From Candidatus Poseidoniaceae archaeon (GTDB taxonomy: Archaea; Thermoplasmatota; Poseidoniia; Poseidoniales; Poseidoniaceae): a stretch of 64,000 nt of DNA. The notes beneath the pieces were generated by a model. That model searched no databases. It saw nothing but the letters and a program-made list of their open reading frames with translations, and was not told the DNA's origin. This document shows, piece after piece, positions 8,820 to 18,500 of the stretch. The translations under genes and the position numbers were made by a program. The stretch spans positions 24,717 to 88,716 of the forward strand of contig JAOMOG010000001.1 of the NCBI GenBank assembly GCA_028353405.1, read 5' to 3'. Numbering within the stretch: position 1 is the first letter of the stretch; each line of letters starts with the position of its first letter.

Positions 8820-10838
8820 GTGGACAGATATTTATCCGTAATTATTGTGTCCATTATTTTGGTCTTATTTCCTTCTTTTGCCCAATTTACTAATGCAACT
8901 GAATCAGTAAATGAATCATCAACAACGAATGATAGTATTTTGTTAACAGACCAGTTCAATTATTCAATAGATTGGGATGAAGGAATGTTATACGGATGGG
9001 TTGGGGAATCTTATGCAGGATGTATCGGGCAATCACAAATTTATTGTTTGAAAATCACCGATAATACAGGTGAATTATATAGAATTGATTTTGAAGTAAT
9101 CAAAATCAATGAAGGCAAAAATCAAATCATTTCAAATGTTTCAGTACATTATGCTGGTACTAATCAAAGATATGAGTTACTGAGTAGTAATATTGGATTT
9201 AATATTATCACCACAGAAGTAAACGAATTTGTAAATTTAATAATTCCTCATACATTTGGATTTAGTGACGGCATTTATTATAACGGGGAAGAGATACAAG
9301 GTACTTCACAAGATTTAATTGCAGATAATACAAATGGTATGTTCAGGGTCATGTTCGATAGTTTTGGAGAACAAATGCAAATCCAACAAATATCAAGTGT
9401 TTCAATGATTAGATTAGCAGATATGTATAACGTTTCAACTCCTGCACAAATCTCAGCTAGATATTCAGTTCTCAATGATATTTCATTTTTAGAAAATAAA
9501 ATTTATATTCACTCTTGTAGTGCGAATAATTGCCAATATAATGCTTCCATTTCATCAATTTTGGAGAAAGGTAATAACCTCTCATTTCTTTCATTGAATA
9601 GTGACTTTAGCACTTCTTTAATTTTTTCTATTCAATCATCAGGGTATTATATAACCAAAATAGTTCCAACGGAATTATATTCAAATGAAGATGACTCAAT
9701 CGTTTTTACTTTTGGTTCAGGGACATACTTCCAGTTTGAAGCTGTAAATAATTATAGTCATTCCTTTTCCAATCTAAATTTTAGTGGTTCACCTGTCCAT
9801 TGTTCACAATTTTGTATAATGAAAGTATCGAGTTCTCTTGATGTGGACTGGGCATTTTCAATGACATCCGAGAGAATATATCATTCCACTTCAAAATCGA
9901 TTTTGGCACAAAATCCCAAAGGAGATTATTTGGTATATTTGAATAGAGGAATAAACGGTTATGGGATTCATGATTTAAAGCAAAACCAAACAACTTATTT
10001 CGATCCACAATCTAGTCTCAATAACCATTGCAGCTCAGCATTTCTATTGATTAAGAATGATGGTTCATTCGGAAATGCTTTTTGTTATGAAGAGGGAAGT
10101 GGGAACAACCAGAATATGGATGCGTTCGATATAATTTGGAAAGGAGATTTATTATCAATTGGAGTTCATTCTTCAGCCCCTGAAGTTCAAGCTTCCACTC
10201 CTGAACATACTTTTGACACAAGTTGCCACGTCGCATTATATGATACTTCAAACTATAACAATGTCACACTTTTGAATGAATCTGGTTGCCTTGGCCATTA
10301 TGTTCCTGGTAAAAAATCTGTAATTGGTCCTCAAAATGAAACTTATGAGTTCTCAATTTATACCAATTTAACCTATAATGATAATGAAGAATTGGTCTTC
10401 TATTATGTTTTAGAAAAAGATAAACCTGCGGTCAATTTTTCACAATGGCTCAATTATCAGCCTCCTGTTGATGAAAATGAAGACCAGACAAATAACTCAG
10501 GCGAAAATAATTCTAACTCCAACAATACAAATTCAAATAATTCTGGTTCAGAAGGAAATAATTCAAACAATTCGAATAATTCAAATAATGAAAGCGGTCA
10601 AAATGAACTAGAAAATAATACAAATCAACAAGATTTGGATAACAATTCCAGTAATTCTTCACAAGATAACGAAGGTCTCAACAACTCATCCAACAACAAC
10701 GAAAAGCCAAGCGAGGGTGCTGAAGGAGATGAAATCCTATTTTCAAGCCAATTGAAAATATACTTAACGGCCGGTCTTTTGATGTTTTTAGTCTATTTGT
10801 TAACAACAACAATTTATTCAAATAAATTTGATAAATGA
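8820..10838 (+). CDS. Secreted, C-terminally membrane-anchored surface (glyco)protein with an Asn/Ser-rich stalk
   Basis: N-terminal signal 'VIIVSIILVLFPSFAQF', many N-x-S/T sequons, an N/S low-complexity linker and a C-terminal TM 'IYLTAGLLMFLVYLLTTTIY'. Confidence 0.7.
   Translation: MDRYLSVIIVSIILVLFPSFAQFTNATESVNESSTTNDSILLTDQFNYSIDWDEGMLYGWVGESYAGCIGQSQIYCLKITDNTGELYRIDFEVIKINEGKNQIISNVSVHYAGTNQRYELLSSNIGFNIITTEVNEFVNLIIPHTFGFSDGIYYNGEEIQGTSQDLIADNTNGMFRVMFDSFGEQMQIQQISSVSMIRLADMYNVSTPAQISARYSVLNDISFLENKIYIHSCSANNCQYNASISSILEKGNNLSFLSLNSDFSTSLIFSIQSSGYYITKIVPTELYSNEDDSIVFTFGSGTYFQFEAVNNYSHSFSNLNFSGSPVHCSQFCIMKVSSSLDVDWAFSMTSERIYHSTSKSILAQNPKGDYLVYLNRGINGYGIHDLKQNQTTYFDPQSSLNNHCSSAFLLIKNDGSFGNAFCYEEGSGNNQNMDAFDIIWKGDLLSIGVHSSAPEVQASTPEHTFDTSCHVALYDTSNYNNVTLLNESGCLGHYVPGKKSVIGPQNETYEFSIYTNLTYNDNEELVFYYVLEKDKPAVNFSQWLNYQPPVDENEDQTNNSGENNSNSNNTNSNNSGSEGNNSNNSNNSNNESGQNELENNTNQQDLDNNSSNSSQDNEGLNNSSNNNEKPSEGAEGDEILFSSQLKIYLTAGLLMFLVYLLTTTIYSNKFDK
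10485..10705 (+). repeat. Coding low-complexity Asn/Ser-rich tract (stalk/linker)
   Basis: Encodes 'NNSGENNSNSNNTNSNNSGSEGNNSNNSNNSNNESGQNELENNTNQQDLDNNSSNSSQDNEGLNNSSNNNE'. Confidence 0.85.
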
Positions 10839-10938
10839 TACTCAAAATCGGTATTGATTTTCATGTAATTTTGCTTTGTTGAGCAGTATTTAATGGCACA
10901 GTAAACCGTTCTTCAAACTGTAAAGTCCGTAGGAAAAA

Positions 10939-11940
10939 TCAGTTGATAACCGTCAAGTGCTTGACCGAAGGTGCGATTCCCAAATCATCCGGGAAGAATT
11001 TGGTAGCGATCGGAATTTGCATTGGTGACATTTCAGTGCCAACCAAAGCTACTCGACTAGGTTTTGAATCGGAGAGAATCTTTCTTCCGGTTAATGGAGC
11101 GATTTTATTGCTGAAATTCATGATATCCTCATGACTTGGCATATTCTCAGCGGCCAAGTTCTCCCTACTATGCCCAACGTAGACATAGCCCTTATTTTCA
11201 ATGAAATCTGGGTCAGCCCGCAAATCAAGTTTTGCAAATTCTTCGATATTCTTATCAGACATATTGATGCCCTTCATCAATGTATGACGGCAAACGATTC
11301 TAGTATCTAATGACGGCAATAGGTCGATGGTTTCCTCGAATTTATCCCATGCATTTGTATTCCATTTTGGCTTGCATACAGCATCAAAAATCTCCTTATT
11401 CGGAGCATCGACTGAAACATATAGTTGAGTCGGTAAAACGTCGAGATTTTCGATCACCTTAGGTAGGGTTCCATTGGTCACCAACATCGTTGTCATTCCG
11501 TGCTCGTGACATAATTCCATATATTCACTAAGGCGTGTGTATAGAGTAGGTTCTCCATTGAGAGAGATAGCAACATGCTTTGGATTTTGAGCAGATAACC
11601 ATCTTTCCTTTGGAACTTTATCATTTCCTTTGAATCCAGATAATAATCGTCGTTGTGCACGTACTGATTCATACAACATGTCAAGTGGGTCCTGGTCAGA
11701 AAGTTCTAGCGAATCCATATGCGGTTCTCTCCAGCAGTAAGTGCAAGCGAGATTGCATTGATCTACCACTGGTGACATTTGCATGCAACTGTGGCTAGCA
11801 ACTCCGTAAAATTTTCCTTTGTAGCATTGGCGATCTCTAAGTAGAGATTCTTTGGTCCAATGGCAGATTTTGACACCACCATGTTCTCCAACAATGTGGT
11901 AACGTTGTTTCTGTAACTTTGCTTTGAGTGCTAAATCCAT
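10939..11940 (-). CDS. taw1: tRNA 4-demethylwyosine synthase (radical SAM, Taw1/TYW1 family)
   Basis: 'QRYHIVGEHGGVKICHWTKESLLRDRQCYKGKFYGVASHSCMQMSPVVDQCNLACTYCWR' shows the TYW1 N-terminal Cys cluster plus a radical-SAM CxxxCxxC-type motif. The first ATG is at 11940; the track start is TTG. Confidence 0.85.
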   Translation of the reverse strand: MDLALKAKLQKQRYHIVGEHGGVKICHWTKESLLRDRQCYKGKFYGVASHSCMQMSPVVDQCNLACTYCWREPHMDSLELSDQDPLDMLYESVRAQRRLLSGFKGNDKVPKERWLSAQNPKHVAISLNGEPTLYTRLSEYMELCHEHGMTTMLVTNGTLPKVIENLDVLPTQLYVSVDAPNKEIFDAVCKPKWNTNAWDKFEETIDLLPSLDTRIVCRHTLMKGINMSDKNIEEFAKLDLRADPDFIENKGYVYVGHSRENLAAENMPSHEDIMNFSNKIAPLTGRKILSDSKPSRVALVGTEMSPMQIPIATKFFPDDLGIAPSVKHLTVIN

Positions 11941-12066
11941 CGGTTTCACTTCCTCAGCCGATTTTCCACTGTCGAGAAGCAAATGCGACTCTGTTAGGAA
12001 CTGGCTCGGATAACCGATGCTAATGCTAACCCCGTTTCAACTTCGCGATTAGAAAAAACCCTGCAA

Positions 12067-14154
12067 TCACTTGTTTAACATAGGTAAAAATGCATTTGCA
12101 GCCTTTTCAGCAGCATTTGCAACATCATCTAAGCGTTGAAGGATTCTATACATGTGCATAGCGGCAAGTGGCTTGTCATCACCTTCTGAGAACACATAGG
12201 CAGCAGCTGTACTTTCGCATTCATCAGCCTTATGTTCAAGAATATTGACTTGCATAATCAAATCATTGAGAACAGCCATTTGCATTGGAGCAAATCCGGA
12301 TTGAGTTAATACATTTAGTTGATCCACTGCTTTAGAATATTTCTCAACAGTCTTGTGAACTGCTTCAGCCATTATTTTTAGATTATCTCTTGCTTGGTCA
12401 TCTACCATCAATTCTCTAAAGGAGATTTGTTCTGCAACATTTTGTGCATAATCTGCAATTCTATCTTGGCGTGAAAGCATATGCAAAAATGTATCACGTC
12501 CGATTGCAATTCTTACACCAGTTCCGATATGATTGCGTAGGTCTGTTTTGATATTATCAGCGTCTAATTCAGCAGAGATGGTCGCTTTGATGTGTTTGCT
12601 TGCATCCTTGCCTTGTGATGCTACTGTTACAGCGGTTAGCATGTGTGTAACAGTCTTCTCAACGGACTTTGCATGCTCATAGAACATGTCAAACGGTGTT
12701 GAGTCAAGTGTCTCAAATGGTGTTTCCATCAAGATGTCTTTGCTTTCTTCCTTGTCAGGGCGCATTACAACCGCTAGAGTTATTGCGATTGCAGACAATG
12801 TCACTATTGCAACATTGATTGGGCTACCAGCGAATAGGATTACGAAAAGAACAGCACCAGCGGCAGAGATTGGTAGACTTGCTACCCAACTAGCAGCAAT
12901 CTTTCCAAATACTCTGAAATCGACAGCACCTGCACCACCTGCAAGTCCAACTCCAACTACAGCGCCAACTAAAGTGTGGGTTGTTGAAATCGGAACAGCC
13001 AGGAATGGCATTGAGAAAATTAGCACTGTTGTTGCAGCACCAAATTCAGCAGCGAAACCCCTTGAAGGAGTAATGTGAGTAATTTTCTTGCCGATAGTAT
13101 CCATTACTTTGTAGCCCCATGTTGCCACACCGACTGTGATACCAATACCACCTATTAGCAAGAGGAATAGAGGTACTCCGACGTTTCCGTCGGTCAATGT
13201 ACCTGTTGTAGAAGTTGCAATATCATAAATCGCTGCCATCGGTCCAATTGCATTCGCAACATCATTTGCACCGTGTGCGAATGCAACATAACATGCAGTG
13301 ATTATCTGTAGCCAAATGAAGACGTGTTCAACACCTGCCATTCCTTCTTCTTTGAATTGATAACGCTTTAGTACACCCCATAGGATCAAACTTGCTAACA
13401 TTCCAATCGCCAGAGCAACTACTAGACTGTTAATTGGAATCCATGCTCCATCTGCGAATGGGTTGAAAGTGGTACCTTCCTTTGCTGGTAACCAAGTCTC
13501 TTTGTTAATGTAGCCTGCATTATCTAGGTTTGAATAAAATCCTTTCAGTGCTTTGAATTGGAATGCGAGGCCCAAAACAAAAAATGTAGGTAAAGCAAGA
13601 ATTGGTGCTAACTTTTTGGTTTGTAAAAATGGGTCTTCACTATTGAAGATTAGTCGCTTGATTACAAAGAATGAAACGAAAGCAAGAATTCCTCCTAATA
13701 ATGGTGAAGCAATCCAACTCAATACAATTTCTATTACCTTATCCCAGTTCACAGAAGAAGGTTGGATGTATAATCCCATTCCGATTACGCCACCGACAAT
13801 ACTGTGTGTGGTAGAAACAGGCATACCAAATCTTGTTGCGATTGTTAGCCAAATAGCAGCAGCCAATAACGCTGCCATAAATCCATACATCAATTTCTGG
13901 CTTAACTCCTCTGTGAAACCAACATCTCCAAAATCAAGAACTCCCTTTCTGATCGTTTCAGTTACATGACTTCCAAAGAAAACGGCACCAGTAAATTCGA
14001 ATACTGCGGCAACGATAATCGCACGACGTAGAGTCAATGCGCCCGAACCAACCGAAGTTCCCATTGCATTTGCAACATCGTTTGCACCAATGTTCCAGGC
14101 CATATACGCACAGACAAGAAAAGCAGTTCCGAGTAGTATGGTGGTTGGTTCCAT
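12067..14154 (-). CDS. PiT-family inorganic phosphate transporter fused to a C-terminal DUF47/PhoU-like domain
   Basis: Duplicated 'GANDVANA(M/I)G' PiT signatures lie in a polytopic membrane part. About 200 C-terminal soluble residues carry DUF47-like features ('LSRQDRIADYAQ', 'LEHKADECES'). Confidence 0.85.
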   Translation of the reverse strand: MEPTTILLGTAFLVCAYMAWNIGANDVANAMGTSVGSGALTLRRAIIVAAVFEFTGAVFFGSHVTETIRKGVLDFGDVGFTEELSQKLMYGFMAALLAAAIWLTIATRFGMPVSTTHSIVGGVIGMGLYIQPSSVNWDKVIEIVLSWIASPLLGGILAFVSFFVIKRLIFNSEDPFLQTKKLAPILALPTFFVLGLAFQFKALKGFYSNLDNAGYINKETWLPAKEGTTFNPFADGAWIPINSLVVALAIGMLASLILWGVLKRYQFKEEGMAGVEHVFIWLQIITACYVAFAHGANDVANAIGPMAAIYDIATSTTGTLTDGNVGVPLFLLLIGGIGITVGVATWGYKVMDTIGKKITHITPSRGFAAEFGAATTVLIFSMPFLAVPISTTHTLVGAVVGVGLAGGAGAVDFRVFGKIAASWVASLPISAAGAVLFVILFAGSPINVAIVTLSAIAITLAVVMRPDKEESKDILMETPFETLDSTPFDMFYEHAKSVEKTVTHMLTAVTVASQGKDASKHIKATISAELDADNIKTDLRNHIGTGVRIAIGRDTFLHMLSRQDRIADYAQNVAEQISFRELMVDDQARDNLKIMAEAVHKTVEKYSKAVDQLNVLTQSGFAPMQMAVLNDLIMQVNILEHKADECESTAAAYVFSEGDDKPLAAMHMYRILQRLDDVANAAEKAANAFLPMLNK

Positions 14155-14230
14155 GTGCCACTCTAGTTGCTATCGGTATATATTGAACAGTATAGGTAAT
14201 CTATATAGGTCAATATATATTGGTGAGTTT
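14155..14230. promoter_or_regulatory. Divergent promoter region between the PiT-DUF47 and AbrB-PhoU genes
   Basis: 76-bp AT-rich spacer with several TATA-like elements (GGTATATATTG, TCTATATAGG). It also has the 12-bp palindrome CAATATATATTG at 14211-14222. Confidence 0.4.
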
Positions 14231-15277
14231 ATGGCTGAAGGTGCAGGTGGTTATGAGGTTCGCAAAGTGCAACTTACGGGCGGGGCAACTTATACAATTA
14301 GCCTTCCAAAAGCATGGGTTATTGAGAACGCTGTTAATGCCAAAGATTCCCTTAGAATCGATTGGAGGCCGAGTGGCGCTTTGAGAATCACTCCCCTCGA
14401 CATGGCTGAAAACAAGTATCAAAGAGTGGTATTGAGTTGTAAAGAAATTCACATTGGAAGTTTACACGATCATCTAATGGGTGCATATATTTCAGGAGCT
14501 GATGAAATAATCATTACCGCCTTTCAAAATAATAACAAAAAGCACCAGGCCGAAATAAGACGCTTTTTGAAAAACACACGAGGATTTGAGATAATAGACG
14601 AAGAAGATGGTACAATGCGAATGGTTTGTTTAATGAATAGTGGAGAAATGCCACTGTATGCAAGTTTGAATAGAATGTATTCACAACTGGTTTCATTGAT
14701 GAGAGATATCCTAGCGGTTTTTGATGGAGAGAATATCGAACTGATTGAAGATGTAGCAGAACGTGAAGCCGATGTTGATGCAATGTTATATCTGGTCGAG
14801 CGGCAAGTAAGAGTTGCATTAGATTCTCATTTGGTCGCCTCGTCATTGAAAGTTAGCAGACATCAAGCACTTGAATACTCCAATTTAGCCAAAAGCCTTG
14901 AGCGAATGATGGACCATGCATTTCAGATCGGTAACTACCTTTTAGAATTCGAAATGCCAAAACTATCATTGGAATCAACTCCTCTAAGTGCAATCCCTCG
15001 ATGGCTAGATGCTTTGAAGGAATTGATGATAAATATCCGAACCCGAGAATCCCCCCGCATAGAAGCAGCTCGTAACGAATTAAAGCAATCCCAGAAAATT
15101 CTCGAGTCGCATGAGGAGATATTGATGAAAAGTAACAAAAAGGCCGGTACTATTCTGTTTGAATTTAAGTTATCTGAATCACTTAGGCGTCAATGTGCTT
15201 ATGCGAGCGATTTTGGAGAGATTCTACTCAATTTGAAAGTTAATGATGAAATGTCATCTCGTAGAACAAATGAATAA
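14231..15277 (+). CDS. phoU: Archaeal-type phosphate uptake regulator (AbrB/SpoVT-like N-domain + PhoU domains)
   Basis: 'VRKVQLTGGATYTISLPKAWV' is AbrB-like, followed by PhoU-type helical repeats. The ATG at 14231 is used. The track's 14090 start overlaps the divergent PiT gene. Confidence 0.8.
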   Translation: MAEGAGGYEVRKVQLTGGATYTISLPKAWVIENAVNAKDSLRIDWRPSGALRITPLDMAENKYQRVVLSCKEIHIGSLHDHLMGAYISGADEIIITAFQNNNKKHQAEIRRFLKNTRGFEIIDEEDGTMRMVCLMNSGEMPLYASLNRMYSQLVSLMRDILAVFDGENIELIEDVAEREADVDAMLYLVERQVRVALDSHLVASSLKVSRHQALEYSNLAKSLERMMDHAFQIGNYLLEFEMPKLSLESTPLSAIPRWLDALKELMINIRTRESPRIEAARNELKQSQKILESHEEILMKSNKKAGTILFEFKLSESLRRQCAYASDFGEILLNLKVNDEMSSRRTNE

Positions 15278-15279
15278 TA

Positions 15280-15295
15280 GTGTTTTTAAAAACAC
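15280..15295. terminator. Perfect 16-bp palindrome GTGTTTTTAAAAACAC immediately after the phoU stop
   Basis: It starts 3 nt after TAA 15275-15277 and is T/A-run rich. This is compatible with a transcription end signal. Confidence 0.35.
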
Positions 15296-15552
15296 CTACT
15301 TTTATATTTACACCTGCGTGTTACTAACTTTACCACCTCCTAATATAGGGGTCGCTTTACAATTAACACTACAGGGATGTTTAAGACAAACCCGGAGAGA
15401 TTGAAATGGATATTGAACTAGAAACATATGTTGAGCAAATAATGAACGCACAGAAAGTGACAAACGGAATCAAGTTATTTTCCTGGCTTGACATTTTCAA
15501 AAGAAACCAAAGTTAGAGCCTTCACCACCTTTGATTAAGGAACAGAACTGGT

Positions 15553-18500
15553 TCATTTATTTTTGACCCATTGTCCACTAGACTGGTCTCGATAGAACCT
15601 GTTACTACTTCCAGCTGGGAACTCAATCCATTCCTTGCCATCTTCCTCCATCACTCCACGCGTCGCATATTGCGGTGCTTCGGTCTTAGGTTGTGTAAGG
15701 TCCTCGGACGACTTTTTCCGATTTAGAAGGAACCCGCCTAACAACAATATGACGAGGAGAACGCCTCCAATTGTTGCCCATTTAATTATTGAAGATCCAC
15801 CACCTTCTTCAAATCCTAAACTGGATTGTCTTTGACCTTCCGAACATCCTACCTGATTTGAGAATTCATCCTCTGGAGTTTTTGCACACTCATCAAGAAT
15901 ATCGACAATTCCATCATTGTCAGAGTCCCGTTGCCAACTTGAACATCCATCCGGTGAAACTTCTGGGTTAGAAGTGTCTGGGCAGGAATCATATGGATTG
16001 AAAACTCCATCCCCATCATCATCTCGTTGATTCCATGAACAACCATATGTATCAACTGTAGTATTACTTTCAGTATTGGGGCAAATATCGATTTGTGTAC
16101 AATTTGAAGGACCAGACGATGGAGCATTAGTGTTGCAAACCGTATCAGAATCAGAATCAACTTGTAAATCAGAACACCCGAAATTATCAACAGTTGAATT
16201 GATTTCAGTTGAGGAGCAAACATCCCAGTAATCATTCACAAAATCCCCATCGCTGTCACGTTGTGTTTCACCACAACCTACTGAATCAGCAACTTCACCG
16301 AGACTTGTGTCAGGGCAAATATCTATGCTGTTTTGTACCGAATCTAAATCATCGTCTTGCTGTTCCCAACTACATCCCGTGCTATCGACAACCTTGCCAG
16401 ATGGTGTGCTTGGGCAGGAATCTTTTCCGACACAACCCGATGGACCTGCACTTTGTGCATCTTCATTGCATACGCCGTCAAAATCCTCGTCCACCTGTTG
16501 GTCTGAGCATCCGGATTCATCAACAAGCATGCCAATACCAATCGGTGTATTAATACACAAATCTTGACCGTTCAGAACGTCATCCTCATCATCGTCTTTT
16601 TGCCCCCAACTACAACCGGTTTCGTCAGCGCTTTCATTCAAAATTGTATTTGAGCAAAGGTCTGAAGTGTCGACTATTCCATCGCCATCCGAATCAGGTG
16701 ACCAAAGGTAGTATCCTTCCTCATGGTAATCATTCTCATCATCAACATGCGCAATAAACGAAGTTTGACCTGGGGAAAAGATAGGGTTTCCGATTGAAGT
16801 ATTGACGACTTGAGGGGGCATGGCCAGTTCCAAACTTCCGCTACCATCAACGTAGTATGTTTGCATTGATGAATTATAATGCCAATCACCGTCGATTAGT
16901 GTTCTATTGACCGGCATCACATAGAGAAGGTCACTGCTTCTTGAAAATTCGAGAGAGAGCGAAAATGGCCTCGAATAGTAGTAGCCGTCATCTTCATCAA
17001 ATGAGATCATTGATTGAAATACAAATGAATCCATCGAGTAAACATGAATGCTTTCCTCCGAATATGCATAGAGATTGTCACCGTCCGGCGATAAAAGAAG
17101 GTTATCGGCTCCTTCTATCGACCTACTTTGGAGCATGTATCCATCGTTAACATCCCACAGATTCAGTGATCGGGTCGTGAGGCCTATCAATGAAGTTCCA
17201 TCATGAGTGAAGACAAGGTCTCGCGAATTGTGGTCTTCATCCTCAAACGCCACGACATGGTTGGTCAGGTCAATCACCAATGTACTCCTAGAATAACTGC
17301 TACTGGAATACTTTGACACAGCAAGCCGGGTCCCATCCGGGCTCAAGGCAGAATATCGGAGAGAAGAGCAGTCGGCACTCACAGTATAAATTGACGAGAG
17401 AATGTCGTCAATTGTGTCCCAAAGATAGTAACCACATTCTGAATCCCCCCAGTAATTGCTTTCCCAAATGACCAACAAGTCTACGCCATTTGGCATCCAC
17501 AGAAACTCTCTAACATATTGGCTTTCGTTTTCAAATAGATGCTCCCGAACAGACGCAAATGTATCATCAACGAGTCTGATACCTTCGTTTTCCTTCATCG
17601 CTGCATGTTCTCCGGCAGGGGACCATTGAAGCGAATTTGAAACCAACTCATCAAGTGGTTCTGAAGACATGACCCAAGAGAGTACATTTGGACAGACTGT
17701 CACGTCAAAGAGTGGGCAATTATCCTGTGCGTCCACAAGGCCATCTCCATCAACATCACGTTGATTACTGCTGCAGCCATAGATGTTGCTAAATTCAGTC
17801 AGAAGTGTCCCTGGACATATGTCATCGGAGTCGGAGACTCCGTCTCCATCCGTATCTTGCAACTGTGACGGGGAACATCCATTGCTGCCTGCAACATCAC
17901 TTGTTTTGGTTCTCGGACAGATATCATCTCGGTCATTGATTCCATCCAAGTCTGTATCCTTTTGACTCGGAGCACAGCCTTTGGCATCGGCGTTTTCATC
18001 TTCTGAAGTAGAGGGGCAGAAGTCCTGAACATCGGCGACGCCGTCAGAATCCTCATCGGGACTCCAACTGGAGAGGAAGTTATCATAACAGGTCTCGCTG
18101 GCTACAATAATTTCCTCATCTTCAGAAGAAAATACAATTTGTAAGGGGCCGTAGCCCCAAGAACAACCCTGATCTTGAGAATCAAATGATGTTTGTTCCT
18201 GCCATGTGCTTGTGGAAAGGATTCGGTATTCTTCATTGTAATAATACACGATGGAATCACCCTCACTTGAAAAAGTGGCTTCTGCTGATTCATATGGAGA
18301 TGCAAATATTTCGCTGTAATCGGATGTTGAGTATACTGACATTTCGTAGTACTCGTTCATCAGTAGCATTGAACCATCAGAATTACTTGAGATTGGTCCT
18401 CCATACCCTTGAGAGAGTGTGAAACTACGCTTCATCACCCATTGATACCCAACAAATGGTATGTTCTCAAATTCGTATTCATTTCCCGTACCATCATTGT

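Noticed and set aside
12686-13969. ORFs of 130 and 138 aa on the + strand inside the PiT transporter gene
   Set aside because: They are antisense shadows of a strongly supported membrane-protein gene. Their Ala/Pro/Thr-rich, low-information translations carry no motifs or start context.
14090-14230. N-terminal extensions produced by the ORF track (14090, 52951, 58815, 60055; also 718, 1962, 28491, 30466, 31681, 36653 and 46090)
   Set aside because: These extensions overlap divergent or upstream genes, or consist of junk residues before an obvious signal peptide, domain start or SD-ATG. Internal starts were used instead.
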